A stretch of 64,000 nucleotides of DNA, from positions 1-64,000 of the forward strand of contig CAWCDG010000005.1 in NCBI GenBank assembly GCA_963794325.1. Reading direction: 5' to 3'. The notes below the pieces were generated by a model, which was not told where the DNA came from, did not search any database, and saw only the letters and a list, made by a program, of their open reading frames with translations. A program made the position numbers and the translations under genes. This document shows, in pieces, positions 38,339 through 48,295 of the stretch. Every line of letters begins with the position of its first letter. The stretch's first letter is position 1. Source of the stretch: an uncultured delta proteobacterium. Its GTDB lineage: Bacteria > Desulfobacterota > Binatia > Binatales > Binataceae.

Positions 38339-38785
38339 AGGGCAGTCGGCGCGGAAATCGCGATGCCGCGGCGGCTAAGCGCGCGACTATCCGCGATATT
38401 TGACTCAGCACAGGCCCGACACCGGGTATAGGACGCAGCCGGCAATAGTGCTAACGCGTCAACTGGCTACTGAAAGAATTTCTTTCTCGCGGTCGTCTAC
38501 AACGCATTCGGGTAACCGAGCTTTCGCTGCCATTCGTGCTTTAGATAACCAACCGGTTGCCGGGTTCATTGGATGCCCAATGCATGCTCAACGTATAGTT
38601 CGGCGGTAGCAGCACTATTGTTGGGAGACGAAATTGCAAGCAGCTAGGGCTACATCACTGTTGGCGTCGCGAAGTGCTCTAACCTGTGGCAGAAGTTTCA
38701 AGAGCGAGCTTCATTCTTTAAGGGCACTTATTCCGGTTAGGAAGGCAACCAAGTTAGATCACCCGGAAGTCCGGAGACGCGGTTA

Positions 38786-39004
38786 ATGAAACTTCGAGAG
38801 ATCGGAATCCGGCGTTATCTGCAAGTCTCGAGCGGCTTGATTATTTTTGGCCTGCTCGTTGAAATTTTCACCCTGCTTTGGTTTAGCCCACTTTCGTTTG
38901 TGCTTTTTGTGGCCGTCGGTGTGACCCTGATAGGAGCGGGCATCCTGGTTTATCTCGTTTCGCTGGTCTTTGCTGTTGCTCCACCTGCAAATGATCGCGC
39001 ATGA
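38786..39004 (+). CDS. Small two-TM membrane protein upstream of the multiheme cytochrome
   Basis: GGAG RBS; two hydrophobic helices separated by SPLSF. Confidence 0.75.
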   Translation: MKLREIGIRRYLQVSSGLIIFGLLVEIFTLLWFSPLSFVLFVAVGVTLIGAGILVYLVSLVFAVAPPANDRA

Positions 39005-39060
39005 AATAGGAACTCTCACGCTGGCCTTAGATCCGGCGGGCGCGAAGTAACTGGGAAGTT

Positions 39061-40677
39061 ATGCTCGGACTAACCGGTATCCTAATCGCCCTAATCGTAC
39101 TGACGATCATTATGGCTGCAGTGTTTCTCGTGGATCCGTCCGTGACTGTGGAAGCTTCGGGCAAGGTTCTCGCCTTCATCGCGTTATGCATTCTCCCCGC
39201 GCTATGCATCGTCACGGGCATGTCCTTTCACAATGAGCGTTCGCAACAGACCTCATACTGTGTTTCGTGCCACACCATGGTAACCCACGGGCAAAGTCTG
39301 CGCGTGCTTGATACGCATTATATCCCTGCCCAACATTTTCAGAACCACCTCGTGCCGTCGGACAAGGCCTGTTATACCTGCCACACCAACTACACCATGT
39401 ACGGTCCATTGAAGGACAAGCTTAGAGGCTTAACCTATCTGTACATGGAGTATCTGAGCACTCCACCAAAGACACTTCATCTAATCGGCACGTACCCTAA
39501 TTCGGAGTGCCTGCACTGCCATCTGGGTACCCGCGACTTTGAAGATAATCTCGCGCGCATGCCGCCTTTGGCTGTGCTCAAATCGAATAAAGTATCGTGC
39601 ATTTCAAGCGGTTGCCACGATATGATTCACAACGTTTCCAAAATTGATCATATGAAAATGTGGACTGGCGGACCGGTGGCTTCCGATTCGTCCTCAGCCT
39701 CGGCAGCTAACGCTAACCCAGCCGCCGCGAACGGGCCAGCTGGAGGTTCGGCGGGCAAGACTGCTGAGAGCGGGGGCAAGGCTATTTTCGATTCTCACGG
39801 GTGCAAAGGATGCCACGGAGAGTCTGGTGGAGGCGGTGCCGGGCCGGCGCTGACTGATATTTCCACTAAGTATCCGTCCGCTAAATTGACGACTCTTCTC
39901 AAGGCCCCGACGGCCAAGATGAAGACCGCCGGCATGGTCCCGCTGACCTTGAATGCTGCTGATATGAAAGCCCTGGTTACCTACCTTGGCAGCCTTGGCG
40001 GCAAATCAGGCGCAGCAGCAGCGACACCATCTAGTTCCGGCTCGTCCTCTAACGCGAAGCCGGCCGCCGCAAACGGGCCAGTTGGACGTTCGGCGGGCAA
40101 GACCGCTGATAGCGGGGGAAAGGCTATTTTCGATTCTCACGGCTGCAAAGGATGTCATGGAGAGGCTGGTGGCGGCGGTGCCGGGCCGGCGCTGACTGAT
40201 ATTTCCACTAAGTATCCGTCCCCTAAATTGACGGCTCTTCTGAAAGCTCCGACCGCCAAGATGAAGACCGCCGGCATGGTCCCGCTGACCTTGAATGCTT
40301 CTGATATGAAAGCTCTGGTTGCCTACCTTGGCAGCCTTGGCGGCAAACCAGCCGCCTCTGGAGCTGGCACGAAGCCAAGTGCCGCGGCCGCGTCATCGAA
40401 ACAAGAGCCCGCAGCGATGTATCACAGCTTCTGCGCCTCCTGCCACGGCGACAGCGGGAAAGGAAACGGGCCCGGAGCGTTGGCATTTAATCCGCCGCCG
40501 ACGGACTTCACCGACTGCGCAAAAATGAAAATGCGTTCCGACGAATTCCTCTACGAGGTTGTGGCGAAGGGTGGTTCGGCGGAGGGTTTGAGCCGCACGA
40601 TGCCGGGTTGGTCGGAAGCGTTCACCGCCAGTCAGATACATGGGATCGTAGAGTATGTGAAAAGCTTTTGCAGATAG
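39061..40677 (+). CDS. Membrane-anchored multiheme cytochrome c (NapC/NirT-like domain plus 3 monoheme domains)
   Basis: CVSCH, CYTCH, CLHCH, CISSGCH, CKGCH x2, CASCH; N-terminal TM helices. Confidence 0.88.
   Translation: MLGLTGILIALIVLTIIMAAVFLVDPSVTVEASGKVLAFIALCILPALCIVTGMSFHNERSQQTSYCVSCHTMVTHGQSLRVLDTHYIPAQHFQNHLVPSDKACYTCHTNYTMYGPLKDKLRGLTYLYMEYLSTPPKTLHLIGTYPNSECLHCHLGTRDFEDNLARMPPLAVLKSNKVSCISSGCHDMIHNVSKIDHMKMWTGGPVASDSSSASAANANPAAANGPAGGSAGKTAESGGKAIFDSHGCKGCHGESGGGGAGPALTDISTKYPSAKLTTLLKAPTAKMKTAGMVPLTLNAADMKALVTYLGSLGGKSGAAAATPSSSGSSSNAKPAAANGPVGRSAGKTADSGGKAIFDSHGCKGCHGEAGGGGAGPALTDISTKYPSPKLTALLKAPTAKMKTAGMVPLTLNASDMKALVAYLGSLGGKPAASGAGTKPSAAAASSKQEPAAMYHSFCASCHGDSGKGNGPGALAFNPPPTDFTDCAKMKMRSDEFLYEVVAKGGSAEGLSRTMPGWSEAFTASQIHGIVEYVKSFCR
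39730..40350 (+). repeat. Intragenic tandem duplication of a cytochrome c domain (period 342 bp)
   Basis: Near-identical units starting at 39730 and 40072. Confidence 0.9.
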
Positions 40678-40769
40678 ACGGCAAGTGCCAGAAACACTCG
40701 CGAAGTGCGCTTGACGCAACGCACATCCTTTCCGAGTTGAGGTGGGTTAAGGACGGAGTAGAGGCGCAG

Positions 40770-41648
40770 TTACTTCTTGTGCGACCCCTTCGGCGGCTTA
40801 CCGCCTCGCTTCGCCTGCCGCACCACCGCGGCGTGATACTTGTGGCGAATTTGCGCAATGTCCACCTGGGCCGGCGGCAGCTTCAGGTCCATGTCCTCCA
40901 TCGTGTCGGCGAGGATCTCGGAAATGGCCAGGCTGCGGAACCACTTGTGATCGGACGGGATCACGTACCACGGGGCGTGCTTGGTGCTAGTCCTTTCCAG
41001 GACTTCCTCGTAGGCCTTCATATACTCCGGCCACAGCTTGCGTTCCGAGTAGTCGCCTTCGCTGATTTTCCAGTGCCGCATCGGGTCATCGAGGCGCTGC
41101 GCGAAGCGCTCGAGCTGCTCCTCCGGACTGATGTGTAGATAGAACTTGAGGATGCGCGTGCCGTTGTCGTGAAGCATCTTTTCGAAGTCGTTGATCAAGT
41201 CGTAGCGCTTCGACCACACCGACTTCGGCACCATCTTATGCACGCGCACGACCAACACATCCTCATAGTGCGACCGATTGAAGATCACGACTTGCCCTTT
41301 GGCCGGCGTGTGCAGGTGAGCGCGCCAGAGGAAGTCGTGGGCGGCTTCGATCTTACTCGGCTGTTTGAAGCTGGCGACCAACGTCCCCTGCGGGTTCATC
41401 GCAGTGAACACGTGGCGCACGACTCCGTCCTTGCCGCCGGCGTCCAGCGCCTGCAGAACGACCAGCAATGACTTGCTGCCGTCGGCGTAAAGTAGATACT
41501 GCGCCTTGGCTAAGCGCTCGACGCGCTTCTGGATCTCCGGCGTCGCGTCTTTGTGCGATTCGTCGTGCTTGTCTTTAAACCCCGGGTCAATCTTATCGAG
41601 CCTGACCTTTGCGCCAGGCTCGACGACGAATCTCTTGCGGTAGTTCAT
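40770..41648 (-). CDS. ppk2: Polyphosphate kinase 2 family protein (likely class III)
   Basis: LQALDAGGKDG, FKQPS, FNRSHYEDVL, WYVIPSDHKW. Confidence 0.93.
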   Translation of the reverse strand: MNYRKRFVVEPGAKVRLDKIDPGFKDKHDESHKDATPEIQKRVERLAKAQYLLYADGSKSLLVVLQALDAGGKDGVVRHVFTAMNPQGTLVASFKQPSKIEAAHDFLWRAHLHTPAKGQVVIFNRSHYEDVLVVRVHKMVPKSVWSKRYDLINDFEKMLHDNGTRILKFYLHISPEEQLERFAQRLDDPMRHWKISEGDYSERKLWPEYMKAYEEVLERTSTKHAPWYVIPSDHKWFRSLAISEILADTMEDMDLKLPPAQVDIAQIRHKYHAAVVRQAKRGGKPPKGSHKK

Positions 41649-41704
41649 AGTTAACCTTGTTCAGACTCCGGGAGCACGCTGCCGCTTAGTCGCGGCGACG
41701 GCCG

Positions 41705-42379
41705 TCAGGCGGTCGGGATGTGCGCCGGCGCCGTTCGGGCCTTGGAACCGCGGCGCAGCAGGATCGCCGATGCCAGCGCGATCGCGATTGCGATCAGAAG
41801 CAGCACCACGGCGAACCAGAGATAGGTTTCTATCTCGGTGCCAATCAACGCCGCCAGCGCGAGAAATGCGCTGACCCAGTAAAAGCTCCTGTCGAAGTGA
41901 ACGCCCGCGAGAAAACAGGTCACAGTCAGCAGCAGGATGACCGTCAAAGCGACCGCATCGGTCGACATCTGGCCTCGTGTATGCTGCATAAACAGGATCT
42001 TCACTGCGACGATCGGTCCGACCCAATGCAGCGCCTGGCGCATAAGCATTCGCCAGAGTGCGATCTCATACGCCCGTCCGGCAGCCAGTTCGTGCGCAAG
42101 GCAGGCTACGCCGAAGATGGGAAACATCGCGCACCAGTAGAAGAGCGCCTTGTCGCTGGAATAGTTCGACAGGAAAAGCCCGATCATCACCAGTACGCCG
42201 AGTACTCCGACCACCACCAGGCGGCGGACGAACATCGATTCGAGCCCTCTCGCCCACGTGCTGGCCTGCATCAATGGCGACGGTGAGTTAGGAGGCTGCG
42301 ACGAGGCAGGCGCATGAGACGGAAGTTCCGCGGTTGAAGCTTCCGGGGAATGATTCAGTTCGGATTGGTTGAGGCTCAC
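41705..42379 (-). CDS. Hypothetical multi-pass membrane protein
   Basis: About 6 hydrophobic segments; GAGG RBS; between the ATPase and ppk2. Confidence 0.7.
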   Translation of the reverse strand: MSLNQSELNHSPEASTAELPSHAPASSQPPNSPSPLMQASTWARGLESMFVRRLVVVGVLGVLVMIGLFLSNYSSDKALFYWCAMFPIFGVACLAHELAAGRAYEIALWRMLMRQALHWVGPIVAVKILFMQHTRGQMSTDAVALTVILLLTVTCFLAGVHFDRSFYWVSAFLALAALIGTEIETYLWFAVVLLLIAIAIALASAILLRRGSKARTAPAHIPTA

Positions 42380-42432
42380 GGTTAATTCGATCCTCTGTGA
42401 AGTTGCGGAGTTTCGGAACTAAGTGCTTCCCT

Positions 42433-45400
42433 TTAAGTGGTAGCGGGCGCCGCCTTGCCTTGTGCGGCCGGATGAAGGTTGGCATTGACTCTTGCCAGGT
42501 GGCGCTGATGGCTTGCGCTCCCCAGATGCAGCATTTTGTAAACTTGAACCTTCGCCATGTCGTTGATGAAGAACCATACGAGGGCATAGCCCCACACTAG
42601 CAGCGCGTACTTCCATCCAAGTGGCGTCATGCCCCACCCGTAAACGGCGGCCAGTGTTCCGATGATCTGGGTTGCTTCGCAGGCAACCACCAAGCGCCAA
42701 TTGGGCCACGGCCGCTTCCAGAAAGTCCCAGCGCTTCTCGTAATGTAGATGGTCAAGTGTCCGGCGACCAGGAGCTTCAGGAACATGAGGCTCTGAACCA
42801 CGGGGCGAGAAAGGTGAAGGTATTTTTCCGCGGCCCAGAAAAGGCCGAAGGCAGCGATAACTCCTAACATGCCAAGTACCGAGCTGACCGTCAGCACGCG
42901 TTCCATGTCCCACCGTACGGGACGCGGAGCGACGACAGTGTTGTCATAGGCGATCATCATGATCGGAAAGTCATTGAGGACCGCGATGATCACGATCATG
43001 ACCGCGGTTACCGGGTAGAAGTTGAAGACCACGATAGCGAGAGTCATGAAGAGCAGCACGCGGATGGTTTCGGCGATCCGGTAGATTGCGTAGCTGTTCA
43101 TGCGCTCGAATATTTTGCGCGCCTCTGAAATGGCGGCGGTGATGACAGAGAGGCCTTTCGCGGTAAGCACCAGGTCGGCGGCCGCGCGAGCGGCGTCGGT
43201 CGCGCCGCTGACCGCGATTCCGCAATCAGCCTTCTTGAGCGCCGGAGCGTCGTTGACGCCGTCGCCGGTCATTCCCACGATATGCCCACCAGCCTGAAGG
43301 GCCTTGACGATTTTGAATTTGTGCTCGGGGAAAACCTCGGCGTAACCGTCGGCCGCGTCGATCTTGTCAGTGTTGTCTGCCTTGCCCTCAGGGAAAAGCT
43401 GGCTGGCGACTGCGATGTTCGGTCCCAGTTTGAGCTCGCGCGATACCTGCTGAGCAATCGCAAGGTTGTCGCCGGTAACCATGCGCACTTGCAGGCCCAT
43501 TTTTCGCGCGGTCGCGATGGTCGAGGCCGAATCGTCGCGAAGCGTATCGGACAGCGACAGCAGTCCAAGCAATTCCCACTTTCCATTAGCATCGGTACGC
43601 GCCACGCCAAGCGTGCGGAAGCCTTTTTCGGCCAGATCGTTGACCTGCTTTTCGGCTTTTTTGCGCTCGTCCGCGTCCGGATGGGCTAGATCCAGAATGA
43701 CTTGCGGCGCCCCCTTCGAGACTTTGAAAGTGGCGTTGCCATGCTTGACCTCGGCCTCGGTTCGCTTGCTGACCGGATCGAACGGCGTGAAATGAGTGAT
43801 TTGATAGGCCTTCAGCGCCGACTGATCTTTGAGACCTTTGACGACGGCATCGTCGATCCCATCGCGGCCGTTCGTTGGCGAGGCCAAAGACGCGGCCAGG
43901 ACCAGGTCCTGCTCGTTGCTCGCCTTGAAAACAACCGGGCTGCCCAACTCGAGCTCGTCCTTGGTGAGTGTCCCGGTCTTGTCCGAGCACAGAATATCCA
44001 TGCCGGCCATCTCTTCGATCGCGGCCAGGCGGGAGACGATGGCCTTCATTTTGGCGAGCACGGATGCGCCGACCGCCATCGTGACGGACAGAACGGCCGG
44101 CAAGGCGACCGGTATAGCAGCGACCGTCAGAATCAAGCAAAAGAGTATGGTTTCAACGAACGGGTCGCCGCGATACAGCGAGATGATAAGGATCAATGCG
44201 ACCAGGCCGAGAGTAATCAGAATGAGAAAATTACCTATCTTAAGGACCGCCTTCTGAAAGTGGGAAACGGTCTTAACGCTCTCAGTCAGTTGCGCGGCTT
44301 TGCCGAAGAGCGTGTTCATTCCGGTGGCGGTGACGAGCCCGTTCATTTGGCCCATCTTCACGATCGATCCTGAATACGCGACGTCGTTTTTCTTCTTTTC
44401 AACCGGCAGCGACTCGCCCGTCAGCGCGGACTGATCGATACTGAGGTAGTCGCCATCTACCAGCTTCATATCGGCGGGGACGACATTGCCGAGTTTGATC
44501 ATGACAATATCGCCAGTCACCAGGGTCTTGGCCGGGACGTCGCTCCACTTGCCGTCGCGCAGGACATGGGAATGCATTGCCAGATGCTTTTTCAGCGCTT
44601 GGATCTCGTTGTCGGCCTTGTATTCCTCCCAGAAGCCGACGACCGCATTCAGCGCCAGCATGAAGAAGATCATAGTAAAGTCTTCCCAATGCCGAACCAC
44701 TGCGGAGAGTATCGCCGCAATCTCGATCATCCACGCGATAGGTCCCCACAGGAACTTGAGAAACCGCATGATCGGATTGATGTGCACTTCCTTGATGGCG
44801 TTCGGACCGTCCTTCTTGAGCCGGGCCGCCGCCTCTTCCTGGGTCAGCCCAACCTTGATACTGGACTTGAACTTGGTGACCGCCTCCTCGATCGTGCCGG
44901 TATCAGTTGGTACCTTCACCGAACCTTTAGATGCATCTGCCTTTGCCCCATCAGCCTTGGGCGCATCAGCCTTGGACGCGTCAGCCTTGGAGTCATCGGC
45001 CTCAGAGCTGTCAGCCTTGGCCCCGTCAGCCTTGGGAGCATCGGCCTGAGAGCTATCGGCCTTGGCTGCTTCGGGCTTGGTCCCATTTGCTTTGGGAGTG
45101 TCTGCCTTGGACGCGTCAGCCTTGGGCGCATCAGCCTTAGAGCTGTCAGCCTTGGCCGCGTCGGGCTTGACCCCGTCAGCCTTGGGTGCATCGGCTTTGG
45201 CCTTTTCGGGCTTGGGGGCATCACCTTCGGGCCTGCTAGGGTTGGTCGCTTCCGCGGCGAGGGAGGACTCGGCCTTTTGCCAGTCCTCGAGCGCACTGCC
45301 GGGTTCACCATGCCGAGCCTGAAACGCTTCGAAGGCGCGCTTGCGAATCTCGTCTACGCTCGGCTTTGACCCATTGGGTTTGGCGACGCTCGAGGCGTCA

Positions 45401-45639
45401 GGTTTGGATGCGTCGGGCTTAGGCGCATCGGGCTTGGACGCATCCGCGTAAAGGGCCGCCTCTTCCTTTAGCAAGTATTCGCGCGCCTGGAATATTTCGT
45501 ATGCACGCTTGCGGAGTTCGTCCAAGCCGGGCTTCGACCCATTGGGTTTAGCGACTTGTTCTTTGGACCCGTTTGGCGCGGAGTCTTTTGAATCGTTTGA
45601 GGTCTTCGCATCGTCTGCGGAACTCTTCTCAATAGCCAT
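42433..45639 (-). CDS. P3A plasma-membrane-type H+-exporting ATPase with long N-terminal extension
   Basis: WMIEIAA, LTGES, PVALPAV, DKTGT, KGAPQ, TGDGVNDAP, YRIAETIR, LNDFPIMMIAYD. Confidence 0.95.
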   Translation of the reverse strand: MAIEKSSADDAKTSNDSKDSAPNGSKEQVAKPNGSKPGLDELRKRAYEIFQAREYLLKEEAALYADASKPDAPKPDASKPDASSVAKPNGSKPSVDEIRKRAFEAFQARHGEPGSALEDWQKAESSLAAEATNPSRPEGDAPKPEKAKADAPKADGVKPDAAKADSSKADAPKADASKADTPKANGTKPEAAKADSSQADAPKADGAKADSSEADDSKADASKADAPKADGAKADASKGSVKVPTDTGTIEEAVTKFKSSIKVGLTQEEAAARLKKDGPNAIKEVHINPIMRFLKFLWGPIAWMIEIAAILSAVVRHWEDFTMIFFMLALNAVVGFWEEYKADNEIQALKKHLAMHSHVLRDGKWSDVPAKTLVTGDIVMIKLGNVVPADMKLVDGDYLSIDQSALTGESLPVEKKKNDVAYSGSIVKMGQMNGLVTATGMNTLFGKAAQLTESVKTVSHFQKAVLKIGNFLILITLGLVALILIISLYRGDPFVETILFCLILTVAAIPVALPAVLSVTMAVGASVLAKMKAIVSRLAAIEEMAGMDILCSDKTGTLTKDELELGSPVVFKASNEQDLVLAASLASPTNGRDGIDDAVVKGLKDQSALKAYQITHFTPFDPVSKRTEAEVKHGNATFKVSKGAPQVILDLAHPDADERKKAEKQVNDLAEKGFRTLGVARTDANGKWELLGLLSLSDTLRDDSASTIATARKMGLQVRMVTGDNLAIAQQVSRELKLGPNIAVASQLFPEGKADNTDKIDAADGYAEVFPEHKFKIVKALQAGGHIVGMTGDGVNDAPALKKADCGIAVSGATDAARAAADLVLTAKGLSVITAAISEARKIFERMNSYAIYRIAETIRVLLFMTLAIVVFNFYPVTAVMIVIIAVLNDFPIMMIAYDNTVVAPRPVRWDMERVLTVSSVLGMLGVIAAFGLFWAAEKYLHLSRPVVQSLMFLKLLVAGHLTIYITRSAGTFWKRPWPNWRLVVACEATQIIGTLAAVYGWGMTPLGWKYALLVWGYALVWFFINDMAKVQVYKMLHLGSASHQRHLARVNANLHPAAQGKAAPATT
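44930..45215 (-). repeat. 15-bp (pentapeptide KADxx) tandem repeats in the ATPase N-terminus
   Basis: About 18 units such as KADAP, KADGA, KADSS, KADAS. Confidence 0.9.
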
Positions 45640-45715
45640 CGTTCAACTCCTGCCAAATTCCTTTCATACTGCGAAGACTGACCTGGGTCACAAGCTTACG
45701 AGAGATCCTGACGGA

Positions 45716-46765
45716 CTATTGGTTCTTCGCTTGAGCACGCGTGAAGTCGAGGACCACACGTGACGCTACATCGCCGTGTTCGAGCCGGTTGAAGATCTGG
45801 TTGATCGCAGACAGTGGCTGCAGTTCGATGTCGGCCTTGACCTTACCTGCGGTGGCGAACGCGAGCGCATCGGCCATATCCTGACGCGTACCGACGAACG
45901 AACCGCGAATGGTTATGCAGTTCGCCACTACGTCGAACAGAGGAACCGGGAATTCACCGGGCGGCAGTCCGACCAGCACGCAAGTGCCACGCTTCCGGGT
46001 CATGCCAACGCCCTGCTTGAATGCGATCAGCGAGGGAGCCGTAATCACAACGCCATGAGCGCCGCCGCCGGTCTCTTTCTTCACGGCGGCTGCAGGGTCG
46101 CCGGCTTTGGCATTGATCACGAGATCGGCGCCAACCTGCTTGGCGTGAGCCAGCTTGCGATCGTCGATATCGATCGCGCAGACCAGCAATCCCATAGCCT
46201 TGGCATATTGGATCGCCAGATGCCCGAGTCCGCCACAGCCGGAGACGGCGATCCACTCGCCGGGCTTCGCTTCGGTCTCCTTGATCCCCTTGTAGGTCGT
46301 GACGCCAGCGCAGATCAGCGGGGCCGCATCCAAAGGCGCGAGGCCGGCAGGTATATGGGCGACATAGTTCGGGTCTGCGAGTAGGTACTCGGCAAAGCCC
46401 CCGTTTTTGGTATAGCCGCCGAACTGGGCTTCGGGGCAAACCGTCTCCCAAGCCGTCAAACAATATTCGCAATGGCCGCACGCCGAGTAGAGCCAGGGCA
46501 CCCCAACCCGGTCTCCCTCCTTTACGATCGTCACGCCCGATCCAACGGCGGTGACCAGCCCGATGGCCTCATGACCCGGAATGAAAGGGAGCGTGGGCTT
46601 CACTGGCCAGTCGCCATGCGCGGCATGGAGGTCTGTGTGGCATACGCCGCAGGCCTCGGTTTTGATCAGGATCTGACCTGCGCCGGGAGACGGGATGTCC
46701 AATTCACGAAGCGCCAGAGGCTTTCCAAACTCCTCGACTATTGCTGCTTTCATCTTAAGGGCCAT
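45716..46765 (-). CDS. adhP: Zn-dependent alcohol dehydrogenase
   Basis: GVCHTD, PGHE, CGHCEYC, GCGGLG, IRGSFVG. Confidence 0.95.
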   Translation of the reverse strand: MALKMKAAIVEEFGKPLALRELDIPSPGAGQILIKTEACGVCHTDLHAAHGDWPVKPTLPFIPGHEAIGLVTAVGSGVTIVKEGDRVGVPWLYSACGHCEYCLTAWETVCPEAQFGGYTKNGGFAEYLLADPNYVAHIPAGLAPLDAAPLICAGVTTYKGIKETEAKPGEWIAVSGCGGLGHLAIQYAKAMGLLVCAIDIDDRKLAHAKQVGADLVINAKAGDPAAAVKKETGGGAHGVVITAPSLIAFKQGVGMTRKRGTCVLVGLPPGEFPVPLFDVVANCITIRGSFVGTRQDMADALAFATAGKVKADIELQPLSAINQIFNRLEHGDVASRVVLDFTRAQAKNQ

Positions 46766-47261
46766 GGTTACTCCTTTCGGGAGACTCGAATCGTTGATAG
46801 CGGACGGGTCCGCAAGTTAGACAGCAGCAAGACAACCATCAAGTTGAATGTCGGTCTGCTCGACGAACTCTTTGAGCAGCTTTTCTGAGTACGGATTGAT
46901 TGTTTGGTATGCCATCGGGAGAGCTACCTCCTCGAGCGGAGTGCGAGCTGGAAAATCAGGTTACCGCCGGTCTTCCAGCGTTACGCGATACCGACGATCG
47001 AGTTGTGGTCGGTGAACCGGATGAATTTCCGACACGCCTTGAACCCAACATTCGAGGCGCTGGTACCGAAAGCTTCGCAATTCAAGCCTAGCAGACTCGG
47101 CCTGTAGCCTTAGCCCGCGATCAGAATCGTTTGTTCTTTAAATAACCGATCGGGTATGTTGCCCAATGGCCACTAAACGCAAACTCAGCGTAGAGTACTC
47201 GGCGACAGAAACGCCGCGCCTGGAGAAATTCCGGCGATGGCTACGCGAAACGCGCGATTCG

Positions 47262-47474
47262 CAGATCACGTAGCGATCTACTATAGTGGCATCGGAATGC
47301 CTGAACAAATTAAACTCCGCAAACCTTCCCCCGAACTCGAACTGCTTGCAGTGCCACGGCCCGGCGGCCAACTTCAAAAACGATCCCGCGCACGCAGCCG
47401 CGATGAAGCCGCTCCTGGCCAGTCAACTTAGCTGCGTGACCTGCCACCAGCCGATCCACACGCCCGAAGGATGA
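47262..47474 (+). pseudogene. 5'-truncated, frameshifted remnant of a NapC-like multiheme cytochrome
   Basis: HVAIYYSGIGMPEQIKLRKP / PNSNCLQCH...LSCVTCHQPIH parallels PNSECLHCH...VSCISSGCHDMIH of 39061..40677. Confidence 0.75.
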
Positions 47475-47478
47475 GAGC

Positions 47479-47670
47479 ATGCCAACACTGATCGAAACAG
47501 CCCTGATAGCTGTCGGCCTCGGATTCCTGCTTGCGGCCCCGTGCATCATCGAGACCACGCCGATAACGATGTGTTTGTTTTTCTTTTTCGGCGTTCCGTT
47601 GTTCGCGTTAGGTTTCTTGTCTTATGTTATCGCGGTAATTCAAGACTTGCGGCGACACGAGGTGCTGTAA
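47479..47670 (+). CDS. Small two-TM membrane protein, similar in architecture to 38786..39004
   Basis: TPITMCLFFFFGVPLFALGFLSYV vs SPLSFVLFVAVGVTLIGAGILVYL. Confidence 0.7.
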   Translation: MPTLIETALIAVGLGFLLAAPCIIETTPITMCLFFFFGVPLFALGFLSYVIAVIQDLRRHEVL

Positions 47671-47698
47671 CCTCGAAAGCGACCGCCCCTTTGTTTCT

Positions 47699-48295
47699 TC
47701 ACGAAACGGTGGCGGCTCGCTGCATCTTTTGCGCGGTAGGTTCGCGCCGGTAGTACGCCGGATAGATCGCGGTCAGTGCGAAGCCGAGAACCATGCTCGC
47801 ACCGGGTACGATCACGACCAGCAGTGATCGATGGCCGAAGCCGAGTGCGATAGCCGCCAGAATAGTATCGAGAGTGAAGATGATCGCCCATACGACACTG
47901 ACGCGGAAATGAACCTGGCGAAACGAAGGTTCGTTCCACAGGTCGCGCGGTGATCTCTCTCGAGCATACTGAAGCCTGAAGGGAACACCGAAAATCATCG
48001 TTACCCATGCGGCTACCGCGAATAAACCCCATCCGAAGATGGTCTGGTAGCGGATGAAAGACCCTTCACCAACGGCGGCGAGCTCGACAATCGCAAGTAC
48101 GAAGAATCCCAGCGAAGTGCAATCGATTATCTTGATCCTTCGCGTAAGAATCTCGTACGCGACGATCGCCAGCATGATCACCAACCCTGCGCATGCTGCC
48201 GTTCTCCAATACTCCCACGCGCCTATGAGGCCATAGGCCAGCCATGCGGCGAATCCCATGTAGGAGACGACGTTAGGTATGGGTTTCCATGTCAT
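47699..48295 (-). CDS. Hypothetical membrane protein
   Basis: Multiple TMs, PFRLQYARE...W motif; ATGA overlap with the upstream gene. Confidence 0.7.
   Translation of the reverse strand: MTWKPIPNVVSYMGFAAWLAYGLIGAWEYWRTAACAGLVIMLAIVAYEILTRRIKIIDCTSLGFFVLAIVELAAVGEGSFIRYQTIFGWGLFAVAAWVTMIFGVPFRLQYARERSPRDLWNEPSFRQVHFRVSVVWAIIFTLDTILAAIALGFGHRSLLVVIVPGASMVLGFALTAIYPAYYRREPTAQKMQRAATVS

Noticed and set aside
38340-38785. Possible riboswitch or sRNA upstream of the cytochrome operon
   Set aside because: No recognisable consensus or strong stem seen by eye
44930-45215. CRISPR-like periodic repeat
   Set aside because: In-frame 15-bp coding repeats with no unique spacers; no cas genes
46790-47230. 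Short ORFs between adhP and the cytochrome remnant
   Set aside because: No RBS or recognisable motif; possibly gene debris but cannot be assigned
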